A stretch of DNA of 64,000 nucleotides from Gammaproteobacteria bacterium (GCA_963422205.2 CAXMWX010000005.1:480001-544000), one strand, 5' to 3'. Positions 9,951-19,975 are shown, counted from the first letter of the stretch. The notes: generated from the letters alone by a model not told the origin. Translations and numbers: made by a program.

Positions 9951-10916
9951 TCAGCCGTCCCCGTCCGGGCTTTTGCAAGCAATCAATTCCGCCTGCCTGA
10001 CGATATTTCTGGCCATGCGTTCAGAGGCCGCATCGATCATCTTGCCATCGAGTTGCGCTGCCCCCTTGCCCGCCTGTGCGGCCTGCTCCAGGGCGATGAG
10101 CACGCGTTTTGCCCGCTCCACCTCCGCTTCAGGGGGTGACATGATGGCATTGGCCAGGGCGATCTGGTTCGGGTGTATGGCCCACTTGCCCTCATAGCCC
10201 AGCGCAGCAACCCGGCGTGCCGCCTCGCCATAAGCATCGGGATCATTGAAATCACCAAACGGGCCGTCAATCGCTCTCAGGCCGAAGGCGCGGCAAGCCG
10301 TCACCATGTTGACCAGGGCGGCATGCCATTGATCGGCCAGTGCGCCAGCACATTGATAGTCCGGGTTCAAACCGCCGATGTTCGTGGTGCGGGCACGCAT
10401 ACTGGCGGCATAATCGGCAACACCAAAATGCAGGGCTTCAAGCCGGCGGCTGGCCTGTGCGATAGCCATCACATTGGCACCACCCAGGGCCGTCTCGATC
10501 AGGCATTCAATCCCGATACGATGTGACAGGCCCCTGGCGGCTTCGATCTGTGAGAGCAGGCAGTCCACCATGTAGACATCTGCCGCCGTGCCCACCTTGG
10601 GGATCAGCACGGTGTGCAGCTTGGCCCCGGCCTGCTCGACAATATCCACCATATCTTTATACATATACGATGTGTCCAGACCATTGATACGCACCGACAG
10701 GGTCTTGCCCTGCCAGTCGATCTCATGTAATGCCTGGATAATATTTCGCCTCGCCTGCGGCTTGTCATCGGGAATGACGGCATCCTCGCAATCCAGAAAA
10801 ATATAATCGGCGGCACTGGCGGCGGCCTTCTCGAACATATCGGGGCTGGATCCCGGCACGGCCAGCTCGCTGCGTTGCAGTCGAACGGTGGCTTGTTGGT
10901 ATTGTGTGAAGCTCAT
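9951..10916 (-). CDS. mcl: L-malyl-CoA lyase (CitE/HpcH family)
   Basis: MSFT..QQAT.RL.RSELAVPGS, FLDCEDAV, RINGLDT.YMY, FGVADYAAS, IDGPFGDF, GKWAIHP. Confidence 0.9.
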   Translation of the reverse strand: MSFTQYQQATVRLQRSELAVPGSSPDMFEKAAASAADYIFLDCEDAVIPDDKPQARRNIIQALHEIDWQGKTLSVRINGLDTSYMYKDMVDIVEQAGAKLHTVLIPKVGTAADVYMVDCLLSQIEAARGLSHRIGIECLIETALGGANVMAIAQASRRLEALHFGVADYAASMRARTTNIGGLNPDYQCAGALADQWHAALVNMVTACRAFGLRAIDGPFGDFNDPDAYGEAARRVAALGYEGKWAIHPNQIALANAIMSPPEAEVERAKRVLIALEQAAQAGKGAAQLDGKMIDAASERMARNIVRQAELIACKSPDGDG

Positions 10917-11019
10917 GATGACTCCTTAACCGGCCACAAAGGGCGTGCGATCAATCCCCGACATCTGCTGCTGGCAGGCGCTATTAATCCTGGCTGGCCT
11001 CGCTGACCCGGGCTGATCC

Positions 11020-12198
11020 TCACAGCCGGGCCTTGCGGGTGCTGCACAGATAATTCTGGGCGGCGGCCACGCCACTGCCCAGTGTAATATCAATGCCGAG
11101 ATCCTGCATGGCCATTTCCGCCCCGGTGATAGGCGTTAAGACCATCAACTCATTCAAATCGCCCAGATGGCCGATGCGAAATGCCTGCCCGGCGATCTTG
11201 CCCAGGCTGATCGACAGGGCCAGGTTGTAATACTTATAGGCATGTCTGGCCACTTCATTCCCATCAAAGCCGTCCGGTACACGCACCGCACTGACTGTAT
11301 CGGAACAGGCCTCCTCATGCCGGGCAACCAGCTTCAGGCCCCAGGCGGCCACGGCCTTGCGTACCGCCGTTGCCATACGGGTATGACGGGCAAACACATT
11401 CTCCAGCCCCTCTTCCAGCAGCATATCGACCGACTCCCGCAAGCCACGCAGAAAAATCGTATTCGGAGTATAGGGGAAAAAACCGTTATCGTTGGCCGCT
11501 ATCATGTCATCAAAGGCGAAGAAGGTACGTGGCAGGGAAGCGGACTCACGGGCGGCCAGGGCTTTTTCACTCACCGCCACGATTCCTAAGCCAGTGGGCA
11601 ACATAAACCCTTTCTGTGAACCACTGACGCACACATCCACGCCCCACTCGTCCATACGAAAATCCAGACTGGCGACCGAGCTGACCCCATCGACCATCAG
11701 CAGGGCCGGATGATCAGCGGCATCCAGCGCCTGGCGGACGCCAGCAATGTCACTTTTCACCCCCGTGGCTGTCTCGTTGTGAGTCGCAAACACGGCCTTG
11801 ATTTCCTTGTTGGTATCGGCTTTTAGAATATCGGCATACCGGGCAACCGGTACGCCCTCCCCCCAATCCACCTCAATGGCATTCACGTTAAGGCCGTGGC
11901 GCTGACACATATCCACCCACAGCCAGCTAAACTGGCCGAAGTGAGACATCAATACCTTATCGCCAGGCGATAAGGTATTGCTGATGGCCGCCTCCCAGCC
12001 ACCCGTGCCTGAAGCCGGAAAAATAAACACACGGCCGGCTGTTGTCTTGAATATTTTTTTCAGATCGGCGAACAAAGGCAGGGTAAACGCCGGGAAGTCC
12101 AGCGCCCGCATATCCTCCTGCTCCACTGCCATGGCATTGCGGATGCGTTGCGGGGTGATGGTGGGGCCTGGAATATATAAAAAATTACGTCCAGCCAT
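11020..12198 (-). CDS. sgaA: Serine-glyoxylate aminotransferase (class V PLP enzyme)
   Basis: GRNFLYIPGPT, FPASGTG, HNETATGV, VDGVSS, SGSQKG (PLP Lys), FRIGHLGDLNEL, GSGVAAA; AGGAG RBS before ATG 12198. Confidence 0.9.
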   Translation of the reverse strand: MAGRNFLYIPGPTITPQRIRNAMAVEQEDMRALDFPAFTLPLFADLKKIFKTTAGRVFIFPASGTGGWEAAISNTLSPGDKVLMSHFGQFSWLWVDMCQRHGLNVNAIEVDWGEGVPVARYADILKADTNKEIKAVFATHNETATGVKSDIAGVRQALDAADHPALLMVDGVSSVASLDFRMDEWGVDVCVSGSQKGFMLPTGLGIVAVSEKALAARESASLPRTFFAFDDMIAANDNGFFPYTPNTIFLRGLRESVDMLLEEGLENVFARHTRMATAVRKAVAAWGLKLVARHEEACSDTVSAVRVPDGFDGNEVARHAYKYYNLALSISLGKIAGQAFRIGHLGDLNELMVLTPITGAEMAMQDLGIDITLGSGVAAAQNYLCSTRKARL

Positions 12199-12579
12199 AA
12201 CGGATCTCCTGAAGTTTTTATGATGAGGAAATATTATCGACGGCTGTGTGTAGCGGCGACCATCACAACCGTTGGCTCTGTGCCGGCAGCAGCAACGATA
12301 GTTCAACAATGACGCTGCTGTGCCTTCGCCCAAAGACAGATGAATGCGGATTTATATGGATTAAGCGCAGGTGCCTGATACGTGCCCGGAAAAATGCTTG
12401 GGAAAATGCCTGGGCGGTGAGCTTGAGCCCCCTTACATTAAAGAGACAATAAAGAACGTCCTGACTGGAACGCACGGACGGCTTCCCGATACCAGCGCAT
12501 TCGTATAACCATATATCCCGGCCGATCTTATACCACAGGCGCATGAAAAAAATCCACCACTTATTGCTTGCTCTGTCAT

Positions 12580-13770
12580 CTATTGCGCCAGACCTTTATC
12601 CAAATCGGCAATCAAATCAGCCACATCCTCATGCCCCACAGACAGACGAATCAGGTTTGGCCGGATCCCGACTGCCTGTTTTTGTTCATCGCTCAGCCTG
12701 TGGTGCGTGGTGCTGGCCGGGTGGGTAATCGTGCTTTTGGTATCACCCAGGTTGGCGGTGATGGAGAACAATTCCGTATGATCAATCACCCGAAAGGCGG
12801 CGGCCTGCCCGCCCTTCACCTGAAAACTCAACACACCACCGAAGCCTGTCTGTTGTCTGCACGCCAGCGCATGTTGCGGATGGCTGGGTAGACCGGGATA
12901 GAAGACGGTTTCCACCGCTGGCTGTGCCGCCAACCAGTCCGCCAGTGTCAGTGCATTATCACAATGCGCCTGCATACGGAGCTTTAATGTCTCCAGCCCC
13001 TTGAGAAATACCCAGGCATTGAACGGGCTCATGGCCGGGCCGGCGGTACGCAGAAAGCCGAACACATCCTCGCCGAGCAACGCTTCCTGGCCGATAATGC
13101 CGCCACCCACACAGCGCCCCTGACCATCCAGATACTTGGTCGCCGAATGGATGATGAGATCAGCACCCAGCGCCAATGGCCGTTGTAACGCCGGCGTACA
13201 GAAACAGTTATCGACTGCCAGCAAGGCATCGTTTGCATGTGCCAACTCCGCCAATGCGGCGATATCGGCGAGCTCGGTCAGCGGGTTTGAGGGGGTCTCA
13301 AGAAACAACAGCCGGGTGTTGCTCTGGATGGCCTCTGCCCAGGCGGCCATATCGGTCAGGGGGATGAAGCTGGTCGTGATGCCAAACTTCGATAAAATAT
13401 TCTGCAATAGCCCGACAGTCGTGCCAAAGATGCTGCTGGAAGCGACAATATGATCGCCGGATCGGAGCAAGCCCATGCACATGCTCAAGATAGCACTCAT
13501 GCCTGAAGCGGTGGCGATGCAGCGCTCGCCGCCTTCCAGCGCCGCTAACCGCTGCTCAAACATGCCTACGGTGGGATTGGTGAAGCGGGAGTAGATGTTG
13601 CCGGCCTCATCACCGGCAAAGCGCGCCGCCGCTTCGGCCGCACTGGTGAAGGTAAAACTTGAACTCAAGAACAACGCCTCGCTGTTCTCGCCCTCAGGGG
13701 TACGCTGCTGCCCGGCACGTACTGCCAGGGTATCCGGCCGATATTTCTCTGGGTCAATTTTAACCATCAT
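12580..13770 (-). CDS. metZ: O-succinylhomoserine sulfhydrylase
   Basis: YSRFTNPT, ASGMSAI, LETPSNP, VDNCFCTP, HSATKYLDGQGR, TANLGDTKSTITHP; SAM riboswitch upstream. Confidence 0.92.
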   Translation of the reverse strand: MMVKIDPEKYRPDTLAVRAGQQRTPEGENSEALFLSSSFTFTSAAEAAARFAGDEAGNIYSRFTNPTVGMFEQRLAALEGGERCIATASGMSAILSMCMGLLRSGDHIVASSSIFGTTVGLLQNILSKFGITTSFIPLTDMAAWAEAIQSNTRLLFLETPSNPLTELADIAALAELAHANDALLAVDNCFCTPALQRPLALGADLIIHSATKYLDGQGRCVGGGIIGQEALLGEDVFGFLRTAGPAMSPFNAWVFLKGLETLKLRMQAHCDNALTLADWLAAQPAVETVFYPGLPSHPQHALACRQQTGFGGVLSFQVKGGQAAAFRVIDHTELFSITANLGDTKSTITHPASTTHHRLSDEQKQAVGIRPNLIRLSVGHEDVADLIADLDKGLAQ

Positions 13771-13868
13771 CCTGCTCTCATCCAAGGTTGTTCAGCATGT
13801 GCATCAAGTTAAGTCAACCTGATGCTGCTGCCGGCTGATGCAGGTGATAAGCGCCATTTTAGAGATGA

Positions 13869-13905
13869 GAAAACCTGCATTCAGCTTGGGTGGCAGAGCA
13901 GGTTG
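13869..13905 (-). terminator. Putative terminator / expression platform downstream of the SAM-II aptamer
   Basis: Minus strand AACCTGC-N19-GCAGGTT followed by TTCTC; long loop and weak U tract. Confidence 0.4.
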
Positions 13906-13906
13906 A

Positions 13907-13960
13907 CCCGCTTTAGCCGTATTTATAATGCGCCCGCAAGCTAAAGATCAAATCGGCGCT
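13907..13960 (-). ncRNA. SAM-II (SAM_alpha-type) riboswitch upstream of metZ
   Basis: Minus strand GCGCCGATTTG...GCTTGCGGGCGC-ATTATAAATACGGCTAAAGCGGG matches the SAM-II pseudoknot pattern (P1 GCGC/GCGC, GAUUU, UUGC, AUAAAU..GCUAAA). Confidence 0.85.
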
Positions 13961-14115
13961 GATAGCCCTGATACCGTAGTCAAATAATCACGTTATGTCA
14001 ATCACATAAACAGCCGGTATCATGCTATTCTAGGCGGGTGCAGGCAGCCAGGTGCCGTGCTGTGACAAGCCAGGTACGCACCGGGCAGCGATGAATCATG
14101 GTAAGGAGAAGCAAA

Positions 14116-15411
14116 GTGAGCATGCATATCACAGCGCCCGCTGAAGGGGCGAAGATCACCCTGGACAAGGGCAGGCTGCAAGTCCCGGCCAATCCGATCA
14201 TTCCCTTCATAGAGGGCGATGGTATTGGTGCGGATATCTCCCGTGCAACCTATGCCGTGCTGGATGCCGCCGTGGAAAAAGCCTATGGCGGTGAGCGCAA
14301 GATACACTGGCTGGAGATCTATGCCGGTGAGAAGGCCAACCGCCTGGCTGGCTCCTGGCTGCCCGATGAGTCGGTGGCGGCCTGCCGGGATTATCTGGTG
14401 GCCATCAAGGGGCCGCTGACCACGCCCATCGGCGGTGGTATTCGCTCGCTGAATGTGGCCTTGCGGCAGATTCTTGATCTGTATGTGTGCCTGCGCCCGG
14501 TGCGCTGGTTCCATGGCGTGCCCTCGCCAACGAGAAACCCGCAAGCCGTGGACATGGTCATATTTCGTGAAAACACCGAGGACATTTATGCTGGCGTTGA
14601 ATTTGAGCAAGGCTCAGAGCAGGCCGCCCGGTTTCTCAAGCTGTTCAAAGACGCCTTCCCCAGCGATTTTAACAAGATTCGCTTTCCGGATACCTCGGGT
14701 ATCGGCATCAAACCGGTCTCCAGGGAAGGCACGGGGCGGCTGGTCAGGGCGGCGGTTCGTTATGCCATCAATAATGGGCGTAAACGGGTGACCTTCGTAC
14801 ACAAGGGCAATATCATGAAGTTTACCGAGGGGGCGTTTCGTAACTGGGGCTATGCAATCGCCGATGGTGAGTTTGCCGGGCAGACCTACAGCTGGGAGCG
14901 ATGGGAGAGAACCGCCGCTGAGGCCGGTAATGAGGCGGCCAACAAGGAACAGGCGGCGGCCCTGGCCGAGGGCCGGATTCTGGTGAACGATACGATCGCC
15001 GATATTACCCTGCAACAGGTGCTCACCCGACCGGAAGAATTTGATGTCATTGCCACCATGAACCTAAATGGCGATTATCTGTCGGATGCGCTCGCCGCCC
15101 AGGTGGGGGGGATCGGCATCGCCCCGGGCGGCAATATCAACTATGACACCGGCCATGCCATCTTTGAGGCAACCCACGGCACGGCCCCCAAGTACGCCAA
15201 CCTTGACAAGGTCAATCCTGGCTCGCTGATCTTATCTGGCGAGATGATGTTGCGTTACATGGGCTGGACTGAGGCCGCTGATCTGATCATCAACAGCATG
15301 GATAAAACCATCGGCCAGCAGACCGTGACCTATGATTTTGCCCGGCTGATGGACGGGGCAAATGAAGTCAAGTGCAGTGAATTTGGCAACGCACTCATCG
15401 GTAATATGTAG
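14116..15411 (+). CDS. icd: NADP-dependent isocitrate dehydrogenase (dimeric, E. coli type)
   Basis: [28 protein letters not shown] (AceK target Ser), [28 protein letters not shown]; AGGAG before GTG 14116. Confidence 0.95.
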   Translation: MSMHITAPAEGAKITLDKGRLQVPANPIIPFIEGDGIGADISRATYAVLDAAVEKAYGGERKIHWLEIYAGEKANRLAGSWLPDESVAACRDYLVAIKGPLTTPIGGGIRSLNVALRQILDLYVCLRPVRWFHGVPSPTRNPQAVDMVIFRENTEDIYAGVEFEQGSEQAARFLKLFKDAFPSDFNKIRFPDTSGIGIKPVSREGTGRLVRAAVRYAINNGRKRVTFVHKGNIMKFTEGAFRNWGYAIADGEFAGQTYSWERWERTAAEAGNEAANKEQAAALAEGRILVNDTIADITLQQVLTRPEEFDVIATMNLNGDYLSDALAAQVGGIGIAPGGNINYDTGHAIFEATHGTAPKYANLDKVNPGSLILSGEMMLRYMGWTEAADLIINSMDKTIGQQTVTYDFARLMDGANEVKCSEFGNALIGNM

Positions 15412-15426
15412 CCTTGTCGGGGCAAG

Positions 15427-17181
15427 ATGCCGCCACACCACAAAGCCATCATCGCACAAAGCGCCGAGCTTATTTATGATGGTTTCCGCAAATACAATGA
15501 CGGGTTTAAACGCATCACCGATCGTGCCCGGCGGCGCTTTGAGGAGATGGACTGGGCCGCCCATCAACAGGATATTGTCGACCGGGTCGATCTGTATGAA
15601 CAATCTGTCTGTCGGCTCGTACTGACCTTACGCAAGCAGCTAGGCCACCAGGTCAACGATCATCGGCTGTGGCATGATATACGCTGGTATTTCGGCGAGC
15701 GTGTAGAGAACGTGCCTGATTCGGGGTTCATGAAGACGTTTTTTAACTCAACCAGCAGGCGAATTTTCAATACCACCGGCACCGACCCGGAAGTCGAATT
15801 CGTCTCACCCGCCCCGGATGAGGGCTTTAACCCGATGGACTCCCTCACCTTGAACCGCTATCCCCACTGGGGTTTGATGCAAGTCACCTGCAGCAAGATC
15901 CTTAAAGACTACGCCTTTGAGGTGCCGTATCACAACCTGGCGGCTGATGTCATGGCGATTGGCAGGCAGCTTGATGATTTTCATCAGAGCGATCTTGATG
16001 AGTTCGGCGATATACTCCGGTTTGAATTTATTGATTCGGCTTTTTTTCAATCAGCACGTGCCTATCTTATCGGCAGAATCATACAGCAGGACAAGATCAA
16101 TCCGATTGTGATTGCGTTAAAAAATGACAAGAACGGCATCAGTGTTGATGCGGTATTGTTGTCTGAAGAGCAGGTGAGCATCGTCTTCAGCTACACCCGC
16201 TCGTATTATTTCGCTAATCCGCATTCTGTTATCGGTGCGGTGCATTTTCTGCATTCCATTCTGCCGGAAAAACCCATCGATGAGTTGTATACGGTACTGG
16301 GTCGACTGCGTCAGGGCAAAACTGAACGCTACCGGATCTTCAGTCATCACCTGAACCATACGGATGATAAATTCGTACATGCGGCGGGCGACAAAGGGCT
16401 GGTCATGATCGTCTTTACCCTGCCCTGCTATAACCTGGTCTTTAAAATTATCCGAGACAGATTTGGCTATCCGAAGACGATCAGCCGGGCTGATGTGCTG
16501 GATAAATACAAGCTGGTTTCCAAACATGACCGGGCCGGCCGTCTTATCGACACACAGGAATTCCGTAACCTGGCATTTCCAACGCGCCGGTTTGCCGCCC
16601 CTCTGCTGGAGGAGTTAATCAGCGAGGCTAAGGATACGGTCACGGTGGCGGCCGATAAAGTCATTATCGATCATGTCTATATTGAACGCCGGGTCAGGCC
16701 GCTTAATCTTTATATCCGTGAGGCAAGCAAACCTGACGCTGAGCAGGCCATTATTGATTATGGCATGGCCATCCGGGAACTGGCCGCCACGAATATTTTT
16801 CCGGGTGATTTGTTACTGAAAAATTTTGGCGTGACACGGCACAGAAGAGTGGTGTTTTATGATTACGATGAGGTCGCACTGGTAACGGAATGCAAATTTC
16901 GAGAGCTGCCGAACACAAAGGATGAAGCCGATATCATGCGCTCTGAATCCTGGTTTCATGTCAACACCAATGACATCTTCCCCGAAGAGTTTATCAAGTT
17001 CCTGGCGCTGGATGATCATCTGTGCAAGCTGTTCCTGACACACCATGCTGATCTGCTAACAGCCGACTACTGGCGTAAAATGAAAAAAACCCATCTACAG
17101 GGACAGGTGTCTATGATCATCCCCTATGCCAGACATGCGGCTCGTGCTAAGACAGTCATGCCTGACAGGCAAGCCTCCTGA
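15427..17181 (+). CDS. aceK: Bifunctional isocitrate dehydrogenase kinase/phosphatase
   Basis: TFFNS, FSYTRSY, GKTERYR, GLVMIVF, HDRAGRLIDTQEF, NIFPGDLLLKNFGVTRHRRVVFYDYDE. Confidence 0.95.
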   Translation: MPPHHKAIIAQSAELIYDGFRKYNDGFKRITDRARRRFEEMDWAAHQQDIVDRVDLYEQSVCRLVLTLRKQLGHQVNDHRLWHDIRWYFGERVENVPDSGFMKTFFNSTSRRIFNTTGTDPEVEFVSPAPDEGFNPMDSLTLNRYPHWGLMQVTCSKILKDYAFEVPYHNLAADVMAIGRQLDDFHQSDLDEFGDILRFEFIDSAFFQSARAYLIGRIIQQDKINPIVIALKNDKNGISVDAVLLSEEQVSIVFSYTRSYYFANPHSVIGAVHFLHSILPEKPIDELYTVLGRLRQGKTERYRIFSHHLNHTDDKFVHAAGDKGLVMIVFTLPCYNLVFKIIRDRFGYPKTISRADVLDKYKLVSKHDRAGRLIDTQEFRNLAFPTRRFAAPLLEELISEAKDTVTVAADKVIIDHVYIERRVRPLNLYIREASKPDAEQAIIDYGMAIRELAATNIFPGDLLLKNFGVTRHRRVVFYDYDEVALVTECKFRELPNTKDEADIMRSESWFHVNTNDIFPEEFIKFLALDDHLCKLFLTHHADLLTADYWRKMKKTHLQGQVSMIIPYARHAARAKTVMPDRQAS

Positions 17182-17187
17182 ACCGAC

Positions 17188-18213
17188 ATGCACCCGCCAC
17201 TGGCCGATAAAAACACGCACTGTCTGCTGCTCATGACACTGCTGCTGTGTGCTGCCTGCGGTGAGCGGGCAGCACTACCAATAGCCAGTGAAATACACGG
17301 CATCACCATGGGCACCCGCTACAGCATCCACATCAATGCACCTGAATTACCGCGGGATAAGCATGCCCTGCACCAGGCAATCAATACCTTGTTAGCCGCC
17401 CTCAACCACACCTTGTCCACCTATATTGAAGACTCCGAATTAATGCAACTGAACAATAATGTATCCCGTGATTGGGTAAGGCTCAGCCCGGCTTTGTATA
17501 CGGTCATTGAAACGGCACAACATATCAGTCGGTTGAGTCATGGCAGCTTCGATATAACAGTTGGCCCGATGATCAACCTGTGGGGGTTTGGCAGGCAGCC
17601 GCAACAGCAAATTCCTGATCAGGCACTGCTTGAGAGGATAAAACCACGCGCTGGCTATACCCTGCTTGAACTGGATCAGGATCGCCTGGCGATTCGCAGG
17701 GGCCGTGCCGATATGTTTATCGATCTGTCAGCGATCGCCAAAGGGTATGCGGTTGACCGGATTGCTGAGTGGCTGGATGAGCAGCATATTGATAACTACC
17801 TGGTGGAGATAGGCGGTGAGATACGTGCTAAGGGGAGAAACCACCGCGGCGTTGCCTGGCAGATTGGTATCGAAAAACCGCACAGCGACAGCCGGGCAGT
17901 GCAGCGTGTTATCCGCCTTGAGAATATGGCCATGGCGACCTCCGGTGATTACCGGAATTTTTTCACGTTCCAGGGCCGGCGCTATTCACATGCGATCGAT
18001 CCCAAAACCGCACAGCCTGTCAACCATAATCTGGTGTCCGTGACCGTATTACACCCATCCTGTATGCTGGCAGATGCCTTTGCCACGGCTATCCTGATAG
18101 CAGGCCCCACACAAGGCATGCAATTAGCCGAACAACACAACCTATCAGCCTTGCTGATCTCAACCAGTGCGGATGGCTTTATTGAGCGAGAGAGTTCGGC
18201 CTGGCAACAATGA
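17188..18213 (+). CDS. apbE: FAD:protein FMN transferase lipoprotein
   Basis: Lipobox CAAC; TMGT, FDITVGP, DLSAIAKGYAVD, EIGGE, ATSGDYRN, ADAFATA. Confidence 0.92.
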   Translation: MHPPLADKNTHCLLLMTLLLCAACGERAALPIASEIHGITMGTRYSIHINAPELPRDKHALHQAINTLLAALNHTLSTYIEDSELMQLNNNVSRDWVRLSPALYTVIETAQHISRLSHGSFDITVGPMINLWGFGRQPQQQIPDQALLERIKPRAGYTLLELDQDRLAIRRGRADMFIDLSAIAKGYAVDRIAEWLDEQHIDNYLVEIGGEIRAKGRNHRGVAWQIGIEKPHSDSRAVQRVIRLENMAMATSGDYRNFFTFQGRRYSHAIDPKTAQPVNHNLVSVTVLHPSCMLADAFATAILIAGPTQGMQLAEQHNLSALLISTSADGFIERESSAWQQ

Positions 18214-18353
18214 TGGAAACCCTGGCGTTATTGTTTATACTGGCTTTATTGCTGGTATTCCGGCATGACAGCCTGAGGTGCAGAAGGCGTGCAACCGCAC
18301 GGTGCAAGGCGACAGGCAGAAAAGATTCGAAACACTCAGCCAGCCGGAGATAA
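18210..18353 (+). pseudogene. Possible degraded NqrM-like small membrane protein
   Basis: ATGA-coupled to apbE; MMETLALLFILALLL hydrophobic start and Cys/Arg tail, but no GSCGG core; position after apbE is typical of nqrM. Confidence 0.3.
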
Positions 18354-18358
18354 AGACC

Positions 18359-18841
18359 ATGCCGTCATTTGATGTCGTATCAGAAATCGATCACCATGAA
18401 CTCACCAATGCCATCGATCAGGTAAATCGGGAGATCAGTAATCGATTCGACTTTAAAGGCACAGACGCTCGCATAGCGCAGGAGCAGAACAGACTGACAC
18501 TGATCGCCCCATCAGAATTTCAAGTGCAGCAGATCAAGGATATTTTACAAACCCGGTTAGCTAAACGGGACATTGATGTGCAGTGTTTATCAGCAGGTGA
18601 GATACGAGAGACAAATCAAGAAGCAAGGCAAGATATTATCGTACAGGAAGGGATAAACAAAGCGCTGGCGAGGGAAATTGTTAAGCTCATCAAGACCACG
18701 AAACGGAAAGTGCAAAGCAGCATTCAGGGAGATCAGGTTCGCATCAGCGGGAAAAAACGTGACGACCTGCAAGCCATCATCGGCTTTCTGAAGCAACAGA
18801 AATTCGACCTGCCGCTGCAATTCATCAATTTTCGTGACTAG
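18359..18841 (+). CDS. yajQ: YajQ family nucleotide/c-di-GMP-binding protein
   Basis: MPSFDVVSE, RFDFKG, KVQSSIQGDQVRISGKKRDDLQ, PLQFINFRD. Confidence 0.95.
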   Translation: MPSFDVVSEIDHHELTNAIDQVNREISNRFDFKGTDARIAQEQNRLTLIAPSEFQVQQIKDILQTRLAKRDIDVQCLSAGEIRETNQEARQDIIVQEGINKALAREIVKLIKTTKRKVQSSIQGDQVRISGKKRDDLQAIIGFLKQQKFDLPLQFINFRD

Positions 18842-18872
18842 ACCGGTAGCTGCTTATGATTGAGAGCGCAAG

Positions 18873-19523
18873 ATGAACAAACGCCTTATTGTTAATGGCC
18901 TGGGGCTGGCTGTACTGATGTTACTGGCACTGGGGTTGGGAGTCTACAGCGCCCATCGGCAGGCTGAACAACAGATCACCGCCCGCCCGATACCGGGCAT
19001 GTTATGGCCAAATCCGAAGACCATTCATCCCTTCACCGTGATTGATCACAGCAATCAGGCATTCGGCCGGGAGCAGATCATCTCCAAGTGGTCGTTTATG
19101 TTTTTTGGCTATACGAATTGTCCGGATATCTGCCCTGTGACGCTGGCATTGATGAGTCAGGTATATAAAAAACTTGCGAATATGAATCAGCTCGATCAGG
19201 TGCAGACCTTGTTTGTATCGGTTGATCCAGAGCGCGACAGCAGCGAAAAACTGGCACAGTATGTTAGCTATTTTAATCCTGACTTTATTGGCCTGGGTGG
19301 CAGCCAGCAGCAGATAGATGCATTGACCTCACAACTTGGCGTACCTTATTACCGGCACAAAACAGATACTGATACAGAACACTATCTGGTCGATCACAGT
19401 GGCTCTTTGTTTATCTCAGACCCCGCCGGGCGGCTGGTGGCGATCCTGTCAACACCCCATGATGCAGATGAGATTGCCAACCGGTTTGTTGCGATCAAAA
19501 AATTTATCGAGGCACAAAGCTGA
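18873..19523 (+). CDS. SCO family copper chaperone
   Basis: FFGYTNCPDICP (CxxxC), VSVDPERD, YLVDHS. Confidence 0.92.
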   Translation: MNKRLIVNGLGLAVLMLLALGLGVYSAHRQAEQQITARPIPGMLWPNPKTIHPFTVIDHSNQAFGREQIISKWSFMFFGYTNCPDICPVTLALMSQVYKKLANMNQLDQVQTLFVSVDPERDSSEKLAQYVSYFNPDFIGLGGSQQQIDALTSQLGVPYYRHKTDTDTEHYLVDHSGSLFISDPAGRLVAILSTPHDADEIANRFVAIKKFIEAQS

Positions 19524-19945
19524 TGCGTTGCCTGGTTATCTTTTTAACTTTGCTGTTCAGTCTGCATGGTCAGGCGGAGATGGATGTGATCATCAAAAAC
19601 GCCTGGATTAAGGAATCACCGCCCGGGGTAGAAGTCAATGCCGCTTATATGGACATACACAATAACAGTGACCGAGAGAGTGTGTTGATAGCCGCACAAA
19701 GCCCGGACTTTGCCGCCATTGAAATTCACAGGACTGTTATCGAGCAGGGGAAGGCCCGTATGCAGCGACATACCTCGATCGCCATTCCGGCAGGTGCTGT
19801 GCTTTCGCTCGCCCCCGGTTCCTGGCATCTGATGTTGTTCAGACCAAGGCAGGCAGTCAGGCATGGGGCAGCTATTGATTTGTCGCTGCAATTTGCGGAT
19901 GGCACAAGCACATCACTCACCTTGCCGGTGTATAAGTATCCATAA
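19523..19945 (+). CDS. Periplasmic copper chaperone PCu(A)C
   Basis: Signal peptide; NAWI, AAYM, EIHRT...M, LAPGSWHLML. Confidence 0.9.
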   Translation: MRCLVIFLTLLFSLHGQAEMDVIIKNAWIKESPPGVEVNAAYMDIHNNSDRESVLIAAQSPDFAAIEIHRTVIEQGKARMQRHTSIAIPAGAVLSLAPGSWHLMLFRPRQAVRHGAAIDLSLQFADGTSTSLTLPVYKYP

Positions 19946-19975
19946 ACGCTAACACCGCATCAAGCACCGCAAGAC

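Noticed and set aside
11020-12198. Aspartate-glyoxylate aminotransferase BhcA of the beta-hydroxyaspartate cycle
   Set aside because: No bhcBCD genes; motifs and neighbours match SgaA
12380-12480. ZTP, THF or glycine riboswitch upstream of sga
   Set aside because: GCCTGGGC lies on the wrong strand and the other conserved aptamer elements are missing
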